This document shows, in pieces, positions 8,141-17,229 of a stretch of DNA of 31,035 nt (position 1 is its first letter; each line of letters opens with the position of its first letter). This stretch comes from Synechococcus sp. (GTDB lineage: Bacteria > Cyanobacteriota > Cyanobacteriia > Thermostichales > PCC-7336): contig JBFRWD010000026.1 of assembly GCA_051439425.1 (NCBI GenBank), positions 1-31,035 on the forward strand, in the 5' to 3' direction. A program made the translations under genes and the position numbers. A model generated the notes under the pieces. It was not told the origin of the DNA and did not search any database. It saw only the letters and a list, made by a program, of their open reading frames with translations.

Positions 8141-8866
8141 CTATTGGCTACATGCAGATAGCTCGATTAACCAGTAACTCAACCCGGCACTGGCTAACGG
8201 TACGGTGATGTTGTCCACGCCGCGCCAAGACAGCATCTCCATCAGGGCCGAAATGCCACCAATACCGAGCGCCCCAACTGTCACCAGTCCCCATCCCAAC
8301 GGCTGCCCCCACATCGATAAGGCGCGAATCGACAGTACAGCGGCGATCGCGATGCTGCTGACCAGCCACATGACAGCCGAGCCTTCCCAACTTTTCGTCA
8401 CCCCAGCAACAACGTATTTACGACGCCCCCACCTGCGCCCGATTAAAGCCGCGAGTGCATCTCCCCAAGTCATTACTAATACGCCGATGACGGCATATGC
8501 ATGCAGACCCGGCTGCCAAAACAGCGCAAATAGAGTGGCAATACTAGCTGCATAGAAAAAGGTCCCATAACTATCGCGAGCGACCCCATTGAGACTCTGC
8601 AAAATCTTGATTCGATAGGACAATAACGCTACAACGCTGAACAATAGCGAGATCGTTACGGCGAGCGCTTGGGGAATGTCGAATAGCCAGGCTAGGACAA
8701 TGATGTTGCCCACGCCGATGTGAATTACTTTTCTAACTGCTTCCCCGTCGAACTGCCGGCTGCGCAACCATTCTGCTAGACCAAAGACGACTGCTAACCA
8801 AAGGGTGTAGCATGTCATCTGGCTGACTAATCCCAGTTCGATCTCCACTCGCTTGCCTAGATCCAA
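8141..8866 (-). CDS. Phytol/dolichol (polyprenol) kinase family membrane protein
   Basis: RKVIHIGVG, SYGTFFYA, MTWGDALAALIG, KSWEGS, GVDNITVPL; multiple TM helices; start codon uncertain. Confidence 0.88.
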   Translation of the reverse strand: MDLGKRVEIELGLVSQMTCYTLWLAVVFGLAEWLRSRQFDGEAVRKVIHIGVGNIIVLAWLFDIPQALAVTISLLFSVVALLSYRIKILQSLNGVARDSYGTFFYAASIATLFALFWQPGLHAYAVIGVLVMTWGDALAALIGRRWGRRKYVVAGVTKSWEGSAVMWLVSSIAIAAVLSIRALSMWGQPLGWGLVTVGALGIGGISALMEMLSWRGVDNITVPLASAGLSYWLIELSACSQ

Positions 8867-9173
8867 GACTTCCTGTAGCCATAGAGCTAGCTACAGATTG
8901 AAATTACGCTATGCGATCGCTGGTCCTCAATCAAGTCCTGGCATACTTGACGAGCTGATGTCGCAGGAATTTTGCATCATTTAGAACGGTATCGAATATG
9001 CGAGTGAAGTACCGTAAAGGTCGATCGTGTGCAATTCTGGCTAAGAAATTATGCTCCCTCTCACTAGAATGGGGCGATATCGTAGCTAGAAGCTTCTGCC
9101 ACACGTATCTTCCCGCGCTGGAGACTTGCCACTTCGCAGAGAGATTCATGGTTGGAACAGTCCAAATGTTGAA

Positions 9174-9245
9174 TGGGTTGGGAGGGATTCGAACCCGCGG
9201 CCAGTCGGTTAAAAGCCGAATGCTCTACCACTGAGCTACCAACCC
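9174..9245 (-). tRNA. trnK: tRNA-Lys(UUU)
   Basis: Minus strand GGGTTGGTAGCTCAGTGGTAGAGCATTCGGCTTTTAACCGACTGGCCGCGGGTTCGAATCCCTCCCAACCCA: 7-bp acceptor stem, D arm, anticodon TTT, TTCGAAT loop; CCA not encoded. Confidence 0.97.
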
Positions 9246-9265
9246 GAGCGCCATGCGCGTATATC

Positions 9266-9274
9266 ACTATAGCA
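9266..9274 (-). promoter_or_regulatory. Candidate extended -10 promoter (TGCTATAGT) of tRNA-Lys
   Basis: TGnTATAGT on the minus strand about 20 nt upstream of the mature tRNA 5' end. Confidence 0.55.
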
Positions 9275-9288
9275 AGAGGGGTCGCGTT

Positions 9289-10725
9289 TTGAACAAGAAG
9301 AATTATTGGCTTTCTCATTGCCAAGTACCCGAGTTCGACAACCCTCGCCACTATCAGGTTCTAGATATATGGCTGAATGACGGTGCGATCGCTGGCATCT
9401 ACTCCACAGGTACTCATCCAGTGCCAATAGGCACGGAGGTAGTTGAGGGCAAAAATAAGCTGCTATTACCGGGTTGGGTCAATGCTCACACCCATTCCAT
9501 GGAAATGTGGACACGCGGACTGATTCCTCCGCTTCCCTTAGAGCTGTGGTTGGCGGAACTCTATGCTCATCCCCTTCAATCGGTCGATCAACTGTATCTA
9601 GCCGCATTGCTGACTGCCGTTGAAACCCTACTGTCGGGGGGGACTACGGTTGTCGATCACCTTGTTCTTATACCTGGCCAAGAATTGGAGTCTCTGGCTG
9701 CGGCAGATCGCGCCTACCGTCAGGTGGGCATCCGAGCTTATATTGCACCCCTGATTCAAGATGAAGCGTTTGAGTACAGCATTCCAGGCGGGCGGCAGCT
9801 TCAGCCGATGATGCCACCCATGCCGACTGAAGACGTGTTGGCTTTGATGGAAGAGATTGTGCGAAAGTTCCACAGCCCGCAGGAGGGAATAGAAATCGGG
9901 ATTGGCCCCACTGGAATTCAGCTTTGTACGGATGCGTTGTTTGAAGGATGTATAGACCTCAGCAATCGCTACAACCTCTGCCGTCACGGTCACCTTCTAG
10001 AAACTAAAGCCCAAGTCAAACTCGCGCAAGAAAAATACGGCACCTCAGCTGTCGTCCATTTGGCAGAGCTGGGTTGGTTGAGCCCCAAAACATCACTGGC
10101 TCACTGCGTATGGCTGGACGAGCGTGATATCGAGCTGATGGCCGAAACCGGTACGACGGTTGTCCACAACCCTCTGAGCAACTTGCGGCTGGGGAGCGGT
10201 ATTGCCCCAATGCTGCGCTACCGCGATCGGGGTGTAAATATCTCGTATGGCTGCGATGGTGCAGCAAGTAACGACGGTCAAAGCATGTTTGAAGTGCTCA
10301 AAATCGGCTCGATGCTGCACAACACAACGGATTTTGACTATCGCACCTGGATGTCGCCACAAACGATTTGCCGTCAAGCCAGCGAGGGAGGAGCTGCAGG
10401 ACTGAACTCGCAGGCCTACGGTCGATTGGAGGTTGGCCAATCGGCTGACTTAGTGCTGTACACCCTCAATGACCTGTCGCTATTGCCTGCTGCCGATCCG
10501 TTAGGGCAACTGATTTGGGGACGTCCCGGCAACGTTGTGGACAGTGTCTGGGTTCGCGGTCAACAGGTGGTAGCTGACGGTCACCCCCTAACGGTTGATG
10601 TGAAGGCTCTGAGCGAGCGGCTACACAGTTACAGTGAGTGGTTGGAGGCGCGCCCTCCGTCCCCATCTTCCATGCGCCAACATCTGGAATCAACGTATCG
10701 TCAGTCTATGGGGTTGTCACAGTAA
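9289..10725 (+). CDS. Metal-dependent amidohydrolase (TRZ/ATZ nucleobase/nucleoside deaminase-like)
   Basis: LLPGWVNAHTH, GTTVVDH, HGHLLE, LAHCV, HNPLSNLRLGSG, GCDGAASND, GQSADLV. TTG 9289 preferred (GAGGGG upstream) over ATG 9253. Confidence 0.9.
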   Translation: MNKKNYWLSHCQVPEFDNPRHYQVLDIWLNDGAIAGIYSTGTHPVPIGTEVVEGKNKLLLPGWVNAHTHSMEMWTRGLIPPLPLELWLAELYAHPLQSVDQLYLAALLTAVETLLSGGTTVVDHLVLIPGQELESLAAADRAYRQVGIRAYIAPLIQDEAFEYSIPGGRQLQPMMPPMPTEDVLALMEEIVRKFHSPQEGIEIGIGPTGIQLCTDALFEGCIDLSNRYNLCRHGHLLETKAQVKLAQEKYGTSAVVHLAELGWLSPKTSLAHCVWLDERDIELMAETGTTVVHNPLSNLRLGSGIAPMLRYRDRGVNISYGCDGAASNDGQSMFEVLKIGSMLHNTTDFDYRTWMSPQTICRQASEGGAAGLNSQAYGRLEVGQSADLVLYTLNDLSLLPAADPLGQLIWGRPGNVVDSVWVRGQQVVADGHPLTVDVKALSERLHSYSEWLEARPPSPSSMRQHLESTYRQSMGLSQ

Positions 10726-10828
10726 CACCTGACTATTGCAGTAGCCCTACTGCTGCGCACATTTCAGCTATGTTTTATCCCTGGCTGTGCTTGGAACGCT
10801 TTGTCCTAACTGAACTGCAAAACGCTAT

Positions 10829-11974
10829 ATGTCTTCCCTTCCTGCTGTCGCAGATGCTGTTGTGATTGGTGGCGGCATTATCGGTCTGTGTACGGCCATC
10901 CATTTGGCTAGAAGTGGTGTGGCCGTTGTCCTGTTAGAAAAAAAATTTGTGGGGAGTGGCCCCACAGGGCGATCGCTGGCGGTCATCTCGCAGCACTACA
11001 CCCACCCAGCGATGGTGACCCTAGCGCGGACTGGGCTCGAGATCTTCCGTGATTTCGAGACTCACTATGGCGGAGGATGCGGCTGGACGGAGACAGGCTT
11101 AGTTGTGTTAGTCGGGTCAGAGGCTTCAGGCCAACTGCGTTCGACGGTTGAGATGCAGGTACAGCACGGTGCATGGGTTGAGTTAATGGATACCTCTCAG
11201 TTGAAATCCTTCGACCCACGTATCCAGACTACCGATGTAGGAATTGCCAGTTTTCAGCCCACCGCTGGGTACGCAGATCCTCAACAAACAGTCCATACCC
11301 TGCGTAATGCGGCTCTAGCAGAGCATGTTCAACTGCATGAGCATGTACCCGCAATCAATATCCTGACGACGGCAGATCGCGTTTGTGGCGTGACAACCCC
11401 CCACGGAACAATTTCTACCCCTGTTGTTGTTGATACGGCAGGCCCTTGGGCACATTTATTGGCTCGTCAAGTTGGATTGGAGATTCCGGTTGTGTCTTGC
11501 CGTCAGACAATGGCTGTTCTGCGTCGTCCGATCTCGTTTGGAGCTCGCCATCCAATTGTGAATGACTTCATCTTGGGCACCTCATTTCGAAGCGACGGTA
11601 ACTCAACAGTTGTGGGCCGTTTTGATCGCAGCCAAACTCAGCATCCTCTCGACCCCAACGTTGCTGATGGCAGCGTTGGGGGAGCGGAGATTCAACATTT
11701 GCGTGCCCTGTGGACACAGCGATATCCAGTCGGACAAAGGGGCGTGTTAGTTGGTGGATGGAGTGGTCTTTACGATGTCACTCCTGATTGGATGCCCATT
11801 TGCGATCGACTTGGGCCCGCAGGATTCTATGTCAGTTGCGGTACGAGCGGGCATGGATTTAAATTTGGCCCAGTTTTTGGCCAAGTGTTGGCCAAGTGGA
11901 TTGCAGGTGAATCCGCGAGTGATGTCGATATGGCTCAACTATCTATGCAGCGTTTTCAACAGCCGCAACCCTGA
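10829..11974 (+). CDS. FAD-dependent oxidoreductase (DAO / sarcosine oxidase beta-like)
   Basis: VVIGGGIIG Rossmann motif, GPTGRS, VVDTAGPW, YDVTPDWMP, GTSGHGFKFGP. Confidence 0.92.
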   Translation: MSSLPAVADAVVIGGGIIGLCTAIHLARSGVAVVLLEKKFVGSGPTGRSLAVISQHYTHPAMVTLARTGLEIFRDFETHYGGGCGWTETGLVVLVGSEASGQLRSTVEMQVQHGAWVELMDTSQLKSFDPRIQTTDVGIASFQPTAGYADPQQTVHTLRNAALAEHVQLHEHVPAINILTTADRVCGVTTPHGTISTPVVVDTAGPWAHLLARQVGLEIPVVSCRQTMAVLRRPISFGARHPIVNDFILGTSFRSDGNSTVVGRFDRSQTQHPLDPNVADGSVGGAEIQHLRALWTQRYPVGQRGVLVGGWSGLYDVTPDWMPICDRLGPAGFYVSCGTSGHGFKFGPVFGQVLAKWIAGESASDVDMAQLSMQRFQQPQP

Positions 11975-11982
11975 ACATCCTT

Positions 11983-13749
11983 CTATGCGGCAACTCCAGC
12001 GGGAACTGAACTCGCATTGACCAAAGCGGATATAGCAGATTGAAGTGCTTCCATATTCTGATGAGCGGCCGTTGTTGCTTGGCTGTATTGCCCTACCCCT
12101 TGTTCCACCGAGCCCATCAAGGTCTGCAACTTAGCCAGCAGTTCTTTCACGTCTTGCATGTGAGCCTGCTGTGCAGCTGTGCGTCCTCGTGCTCCTGCTA
12201 CATCCTGGCACCGTTGCCAGAGATCGGCCTGCCCCTGCTCTAATTGCTGTTTGAGGCTGTCTGCCTGCTGCTGTTGCTCGGCTGCCGCTCCTTGTTGCTG
12301 CTGTAACGCAGTCCGCTTTTCATCCAAGTTGGCCGTTAACGTTTGTCGTTCCGTCTCGCACCACTGGCGCTGGCTATCGAGTTGCTGCAACAGCGGTCCC
12401 AGATCGACCTTGGGAATGGATGGCCCGCTATCGTCTCCACGCAAGCGTTTTAAGAGCCCTTCTTGCTCGGTAAGCTCTTGCTGTTTCTTCTCCAATGCTC
12501 GTTGCTGGGGGGCTAAGCTGACCTCTAATGTGCTGCAAGCGGATTTGGCATAGTCAATATCCATCTCAATATCGAAGCGATCGCCATCGCTGGCCGTCTC
12601 CAATCGCTTCTGTAACTCATCGAGTTTGTGGTGATTCTGCTGTAGTTCCGAGACTTGCTGCTCGACTAACTGAGCATGTTGTTCATAATCTCGTCGCAAA
12701 CTTGCAACTTTCGCCTCTAATTCTTCAGGGCTGAGTTGTGGAACAGCTCCTGCACCATCAAATCCTTCGGCCACAAGGACATCTCCGCGGGTTGCCAATA
12801 ATTGGCGCCAGTGACTCAGAGCGTCATCTTGCTTGCGAAGCCGATCTGATAGAGCTGCCAGGTGCTCGTCTCCTATGGCAATGGCTGTCTCTAGAGCTCC
12901 AATCTCTGCACGAATGTCAGCGATCGCCTGTTGTATTTGCAAAAATTGTTGATGATGCTGAGTCCAATCATTAAGGGTTGAATTAAGTTGCTCTGTTTGA
13001 GTGTCATGCTGCTGCTGTTCGGATTGCAGTGTTGCCGCAGATGCATCAATGGTTTGCAGTCGCTGACTAACCTCTGTCTGTAGCTGTTGTAAAGCCTGTG
13101 TGGCAGTTCCATCGTTGATTTGTAACGATTGAGACACCGTTTGGCTGAGTGTTTGTAATCGTTGAGCTTCGGCTGAATCTAGTCGAGATGCAGCATCTGA
13201 CTCTAGAGCTTGTAGTTGTTGCTGGCGTTCCTGAAGCGCAGTCAATTGTTCGTTGAGTTGGCGGCGCTGTTCCCCCATTGCCTGCTGCTGTTCGCTGAGA
13301 GTTTTCTCCTGGGTTTCGATTTCAACCCGTTGAGCTTGCAAATTGGATAGATCGGTCTGGTAGCTCTGATATTGTTCGTCAAGTTGCTGGAGCTGCTCTT
13401 CCCGAGTTTCCAGTTCAACTTCCCGGCGGTTGAGTTCTTGACTCTGAAACGTGAGCGATTGTTTCCATTGCTCGATCTCTTCTTCTTGGCCCTGGCTTTT
13501 TTCCAAAATCCGAGAAAAAGCCTGCAAGGTACCTACGATTTCTCGAGAGGCTTCGCGAATTTTCATCACCTGACGGCTGGCATTAATCTCCGCCAGGATC
13601 AACATTCCAGCATTGAATTTTGCCGAGTCTTCGATGGGCAAGGCTTCATCGTTCACCGCCACCCAAGATCGATCTGAGACTTGCTTTGCTAGCAGCTGAA
13701 TTTTTGCTATTCGAAACGACCCTTTGTCTACAGCGGCTAAATACAACAC
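11983..13749 (-). CDS. hmpF: Pilus motility/taxis coiled-coil protein HmpF
   Basis: MLYLA start, LLA-x-Q-x-SDRSW, EEIEQWKQSLTFQSQELNRRE signature, long Q/E-rich coiled coil; divergent from the Che cluster; GTG start with GAGGA upstream. Confidence 0.9.
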   Translation of the reverse strand: MLYLAAVDKGSFRIAKIQLLAKQVSDRSWVAVNDEALPIEDSAKFNAGMLILAEINASRQVMKIREASREIVGTLQAFSRILEKSQGQEEEIEQWKQSLTFQSQELNRREVELETREEQLQQLDEQYQSYQTDLSNLQAQRVEIETQEKTLSEQQQAMGEQRRQLNEQLTALQERQQQLQALESDAASRLDSAEAQRLQTLSQTVSQSLQINDGTATQALQQLQTEVSQRLQTIDASAATLQSEQQQHDTQTEQLNSTLNDWTQHHQQFLQIQQAIADIRAEIGALETAIAIGDEHLAALSDRLRKQDDALSHWRQLLATRGDVLVAEGFDGAGAVPQLSPEELEAKVASLRRDYEQHAQLVEQQVSELQQNHHKLDELQKRLETASDGDRFDIEMDIDYAKSACSTLEVSLAPQQRALEKKQQELTEQEGLLKRLRGDDSGPSIPKVDLGPLLQQLDSQRQWCETERQTLTANLDEKRTALQQQQGAAAEQQQQADSLKQQLEQGQADLWQRCQDVAGARGRTAAQQAHMQDVKELLAKLQTLMGSVEQGVGQYSQATTAAHQNMEALQSAISALVNASSVPAGVAA

Positions 13750-14582
13750 GCTTTACGATCCTCGTTATTTCAAGAAAGATGTCTCAACAGTGAACTGAAT
13801 GCCAGCAGCTCACCGGGGAATTACGGCTTGAGCCGCATACCTGATTTCACTTTCCAACCTCGCTCGTTGGTTACCTTCCACCGAGTCTGCACCTCTGAGA
13901 AGAGAATGTACATCACACATACCCCACGGGATGAAGCATTTCGTACAACCAATTACTTGTTATGGACTCGTGACAATTGGATGCTGCCCCTACCAACTAT
14001 TGCCTGCGATTGCTCAACAAGCGGACAGGCCTTAACTGACAGATCGTTACTAGTGGAGCGAAGTCACTGTCATGCTAACTGCGGTTCCGATAGAGATAAA
14101 ACGGGGTTCTTCTGCGTTAAGTAGGGCATTTACCCAGAGAACTCCAAGCCGTTGGAGCTCATGCAGAATTGGGTCATATCCAGAGCTGGGACATGCTGCA
14201 AACAGTTGGATGAAGCTATGATTGCCGATACAATAGTTAGCTGGAGAAAAGCTGAAGGATGTCTTCTGCTGTTATGCTCCTACCGCGTTCGACCGGCCAG
14301 CTTTGTCTGTAAGCATGCACCGATACCTCTAACATACCCACAAGACGGGCTCGATCCTACGTAAGCTTGTCGCATTCTCGATTTTGTTTTGTGTCACAAA
14401 CCATGGTTTAAGCGGTTTGAAATGGAGCAGCAAAATCGAATGAGTGTTTTCGATTACGTGGGCTGGTTAACCTGTGACAGAGTATGCACGGAAACGGGCA
14501 CATTGACTGTACGCAGGGGTCAAGATGCTGGCTCGATCGCTCCACTTCGCTTGGTCTCGCCGCCGATTTCTACAGGTTAACT

Positions 14583-15737
14583 ATGCAAGGAAAGCTACAA
14601 GAAATTGATATTCGCAGCATCCTTCAACTTATACAACTGGGACAGCGGACGGGAGAACTGTTTGTAGAAGCCAGTGTATCCAAATATTGGTTTGTATTTT
14701 TTCTAAACGGCCGTATCATTTATGCCTCGGAATCTGACGGGAGTGTCGCCCGATTGCGCGACTACTTGCGTCGATTTCAGGCAGAAGACACTCTAGATGC
14801 CGTACCGCCGCAACCGAAAACAGGAACCAATGCCCCTGAATACGCTCACCTATGGGCGTTGTTGGAAGCCCACCAATTGGATCCAGCTCGCGGAAAACAG
14901 ATTGTTGGCAGCATGATTCGGGAGGTGCTATTCGACCTATTGAGCTTGCATCAGGGATCGTTCATCTTTGAGTCTGCTTCTCCGCTGGCCCCTCAGCTGG
15001 CTGCGTTTGAGATCGGGCCGTTATTGAGGGAAACCGCGACTCACGTGCAGGAATGGAAGAAGCTGCATCCCTATGTCCAGTCCCCGGACCAGTCGTTCTC
15101 CCTCACTAATCCATCGGCATTACAGCAATCTCTCCCGCCACAAATTTATGCAACTTTCCAAAAGTGGTCTGATGGTAGCACCAGCATTCGTCAGATGTCT
15201 CGCTATTTGGGCCGAAATATTTTGACGGTAGGTAAAGCCATGTGTCCCTACATTCAACAGGGCACCATCCAGCTGTCCGAGGTCAAGATGGAGGGAGGAC
15301 TGTCTCTAGGTCGAAGCTCTGACTCCCCCCCTCATATTGTCTGTATTGATGACAGTATGGCTATTCAGAAAACGGTGGAATATATCTTGCAAGGGGCAGG
15401 GTATCGAGTCACCTCGATAGATAATCCTCTCAAAGCCTTGGGACAGGTGTTTCTACTCCAGCCTGACATGATCCTGTGTGATGTCGCGATGCCTAAGCTC
15501 GATGGATACGATCTGTGTGCCATGTTGCGCAAGTCCACAGCATTTCGACAAACTCCAATGGTCATGTTGACGGGTAAGGATGGCTTCACCGATCGCATTA
15601 AAGCGCGGATGGCAGGAGCCAATGACTTTTTGACAAAACCGTTTGGAGAAAAGGAGTTGTTAACTGTGATCGAATCCTATGTGGGAGCACCGTTGGAAGC
15701 AGGGGTTCCAGAAAGTTTGGCTGCCTCTTCGATCTAG
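14583..15737 (+). CDS. PatA-type response regulator (PATAN + receiver), HmpA-like
   Basis: MQGKLQEIDIRSILQLIQLGQRTGEL (PATAN/DUF4388); C-terminal receiver CIDDS...LCDVAMP...MLT...LTKPF. ATG 14583 preferred over 14484. Confidence 0.93.
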   Translation: MQGKLQEIDIRSILQLIQLGQRTGELFVEASVSKYWFVFFLNGRIIYASESDGSVARLRDYLRRFQAEDTLDAVPPQPKTGTNAPEYAHLWALLEAHQLDPARGKQIVGSMIREVLFDLLSLHQGSFIFESASPLAPQLAAFEIGPLLRETATHVQEWKKLHPYVQSPDQSFSLTNPSALQQSLPPQIYATFQKWSDGSTSIRQMSRYLGRNILTVGKAMCPYIQQGTIQLSEVKMEGGLSLGRSSDSPPHIVCIDDSMAIQKTVEYILQGAGYRVTSIDNPLKALGQVFLLQPDMILCDVAMPKLDGYDLCAMLRKSTAFRQTPMVMLTGKDGFTDRIKARMAGANDFLTKPFGEKELLTVIESYVGAPLEAGVPESLAASSI

Positions 15738-15991
15738 CTATGCGACCGATCGCCCCAAGTGCTGCTCATCTCCACATTTGCGTAGAATGCTGGCACCGGA
15801 GATCGAATGGCCAGATGCTTACAGCCGCCGGTTGAATGATTCTGGCTTTGGTTTGAATGATTGATTTTTTAGCATTTTTGGAATGCTTATGATTGGTAGT
15901 TATTCAAACTTCGCGATCGGTATCGTCTCTTTATTTTTGGCACGAGGTTCTGTATTACCTCAGATCGATCCGGAAGGAATGTATGGACACT

Positions 15992-16357
15992 ATGAGCAAA
16001 GTACTGGTCGTTGAAGATAGTCCCGCCCAGCGGGAAATGATTATCGGACTGTTGAAGGAAAATGGCCTTGATGTTATCGAAGCCAGCGATGGAGTGACAG
16101 CGCTGGAATCTATTCAAGGTCAAGTCCCTGATGTGATCGTGCTCGACATTGTGATGCCGCGCATGAATGGCTATGAGGTTTGTAGACGGCTGAAAGCAGA
16201 TCCGGCAACTGAGAATGTTTCGGTTGTGATGTGTTCTTCAAAGGGTGAAGAATTCGATCGCTACTGGGGAATGCGCCAAGGCGCAGATGCGTACATTGCA
16301 AAGCCCTTTCGCCCCAAAGAGCTGATCGGCACCATTAAGCAGTTGTTGAGGAGCTGA
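15992..16357 (+). CDS. CheY-like single-domain response regulator, HmpB-like
   Basis: MSKVLVVEDS...VLDIVMPRMNGYEVCR...CSSKGEEFDRYWGMRQGADAYIAKPF; start is 15992 or 15983. Confidence 0.95.
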   Translation: MSKVLVVEDSPAQREMIIGLLKENGLDVIEASDGVTALESIQGQVPDVIVLDIVMPRMNGYEVCRRLKADPATENVSVVMCSSKGEEFDRYWGMRQGADAYIAKPFRPKELIGTIKQLLRS

Positions 16358-16361
16358 GTCT

Positions 16362-16889
16362 ATGACTGGGGATCTGGATTTTGACCTTCTAGCTCAGCCT
16401 GGTACTGATGAGCTGCAGGAGCTTGAAGTTCCTGCTGGTGAATTACACCTGAGATTCCAATTAACGTCTGGAACTGAGTTAGCGTTTGCCGCAGCAGGTA
16501 TTGCCGAGGTGATGTCTGTCTCTGCCGAGCAAATCACCCCCATGCCCAATGTCTCGCCACTACTATTGGGAGCCTTAAATTTCCGAGGAAAAGTTATTTG
16601 GGTGGCCGATCTCGGTCAATTCTTAGGAGATAGACAACCGCTGAACTCCGACCGCAATGACTTGCCTATCCTGGCTATCACAGATGGTCAGGATACAGTT
16701 CTGGCCGTTGCTGTACAGACCATTGTTGGGATGGAATGGCTAGAGAAAACTACGTTGCAATCTTCCGATGAATGTCCTGAGGAGATGGCTCCTTTTGTCC
16801 AGGGTGAATGGGAAAATTCGGATACAGGACATCCCTTACGACTCCTGGATCCTGGGGCCATTATTCGATCCAGTCGGTGGGTGACGTAA
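16362..16889 (+). CDS. CheW coupling protein, HmpC-like
   Basis: ITPMPNVSPLLLGALNFRGKVIWVADLGQFLG, LRLLDPGAIIRSSRW. Confidence 0.95.
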   Translation: MTGDLDFDLLAQPGTDELQELEVPAGELHLRFQLTSGTELAFAAAGIAEVMSVSAEQITPMPNVSPLLLGALNFRGKVIWVADLGQFLGDRQPLNSDRNDLPILAITDGQDTVLAVAVQTIVGMEWLEKTTLQSSDECPEEMAPFVQGEWENSDTGHPLRLLDPGAIIRSSRWVT

Positions 16890-17026
16890 GTCGCAGTGGT
16901 GTGTAGCGCAATCGGACTGAACAATTAGGGAAAGTTGTTTTTAGCGATTTCAAATCGTAGGGCTATTGGATTTGTTTTTTGCCTGTCACGCTTTTTGTTC
17001 CCGTTGAGTGACGTTTACTACTGAGC

Positions 17027-17072
17027 AGCAGCAATTGGCCCAGTTAGCAGCAATTGTCTCAATTAGCAGCAA
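17027..17072. repeat. Imperfect 19-nt tandem repeat (about 2.4 copies)
   Basis: AGCAGCAATTGGCCCAGTT / AGCAGCAATTGTCTCAATT / AGCAGCAA. Confidence 0.85.
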
Positions 17073-17229
17073 GCGAGTGTAGTCAAAGTATGTGGAAGAC
17101 TGTTGATTCTGTTGGTCCTATTATCGCCGCGTACCGGTTCGAGGGTGGGTGTCAACGAATTGCTGCTCCATCAGTGGCCTACTCAACACACCATTTAGCA
17201 GAGATTCAGGTTTAGGAGCATCTTCAGCC

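Noticed and set aside
8867..9173. Integrative element at the tRNA-Lys 3' end
   Set aside because: No integrase, and I saw no duplicated tRNA 3' end in the window; the flanking gene is housekeeping.
13828..14580. Three short + strand ORFs in the hmpF/hmpA gap
   Set aside because: Non-ATG starts, no RBS and no recognisable motifs; more likely regulatory DNA.
14484..14582. N-terminal extensions given by the ORF track for hmpA (also 15893 for the CheY and 17149 for the MCP)
   Set aside because: Family similarity or RBS position points to the downstream ATGs (14583, 15992/15983, 17230).
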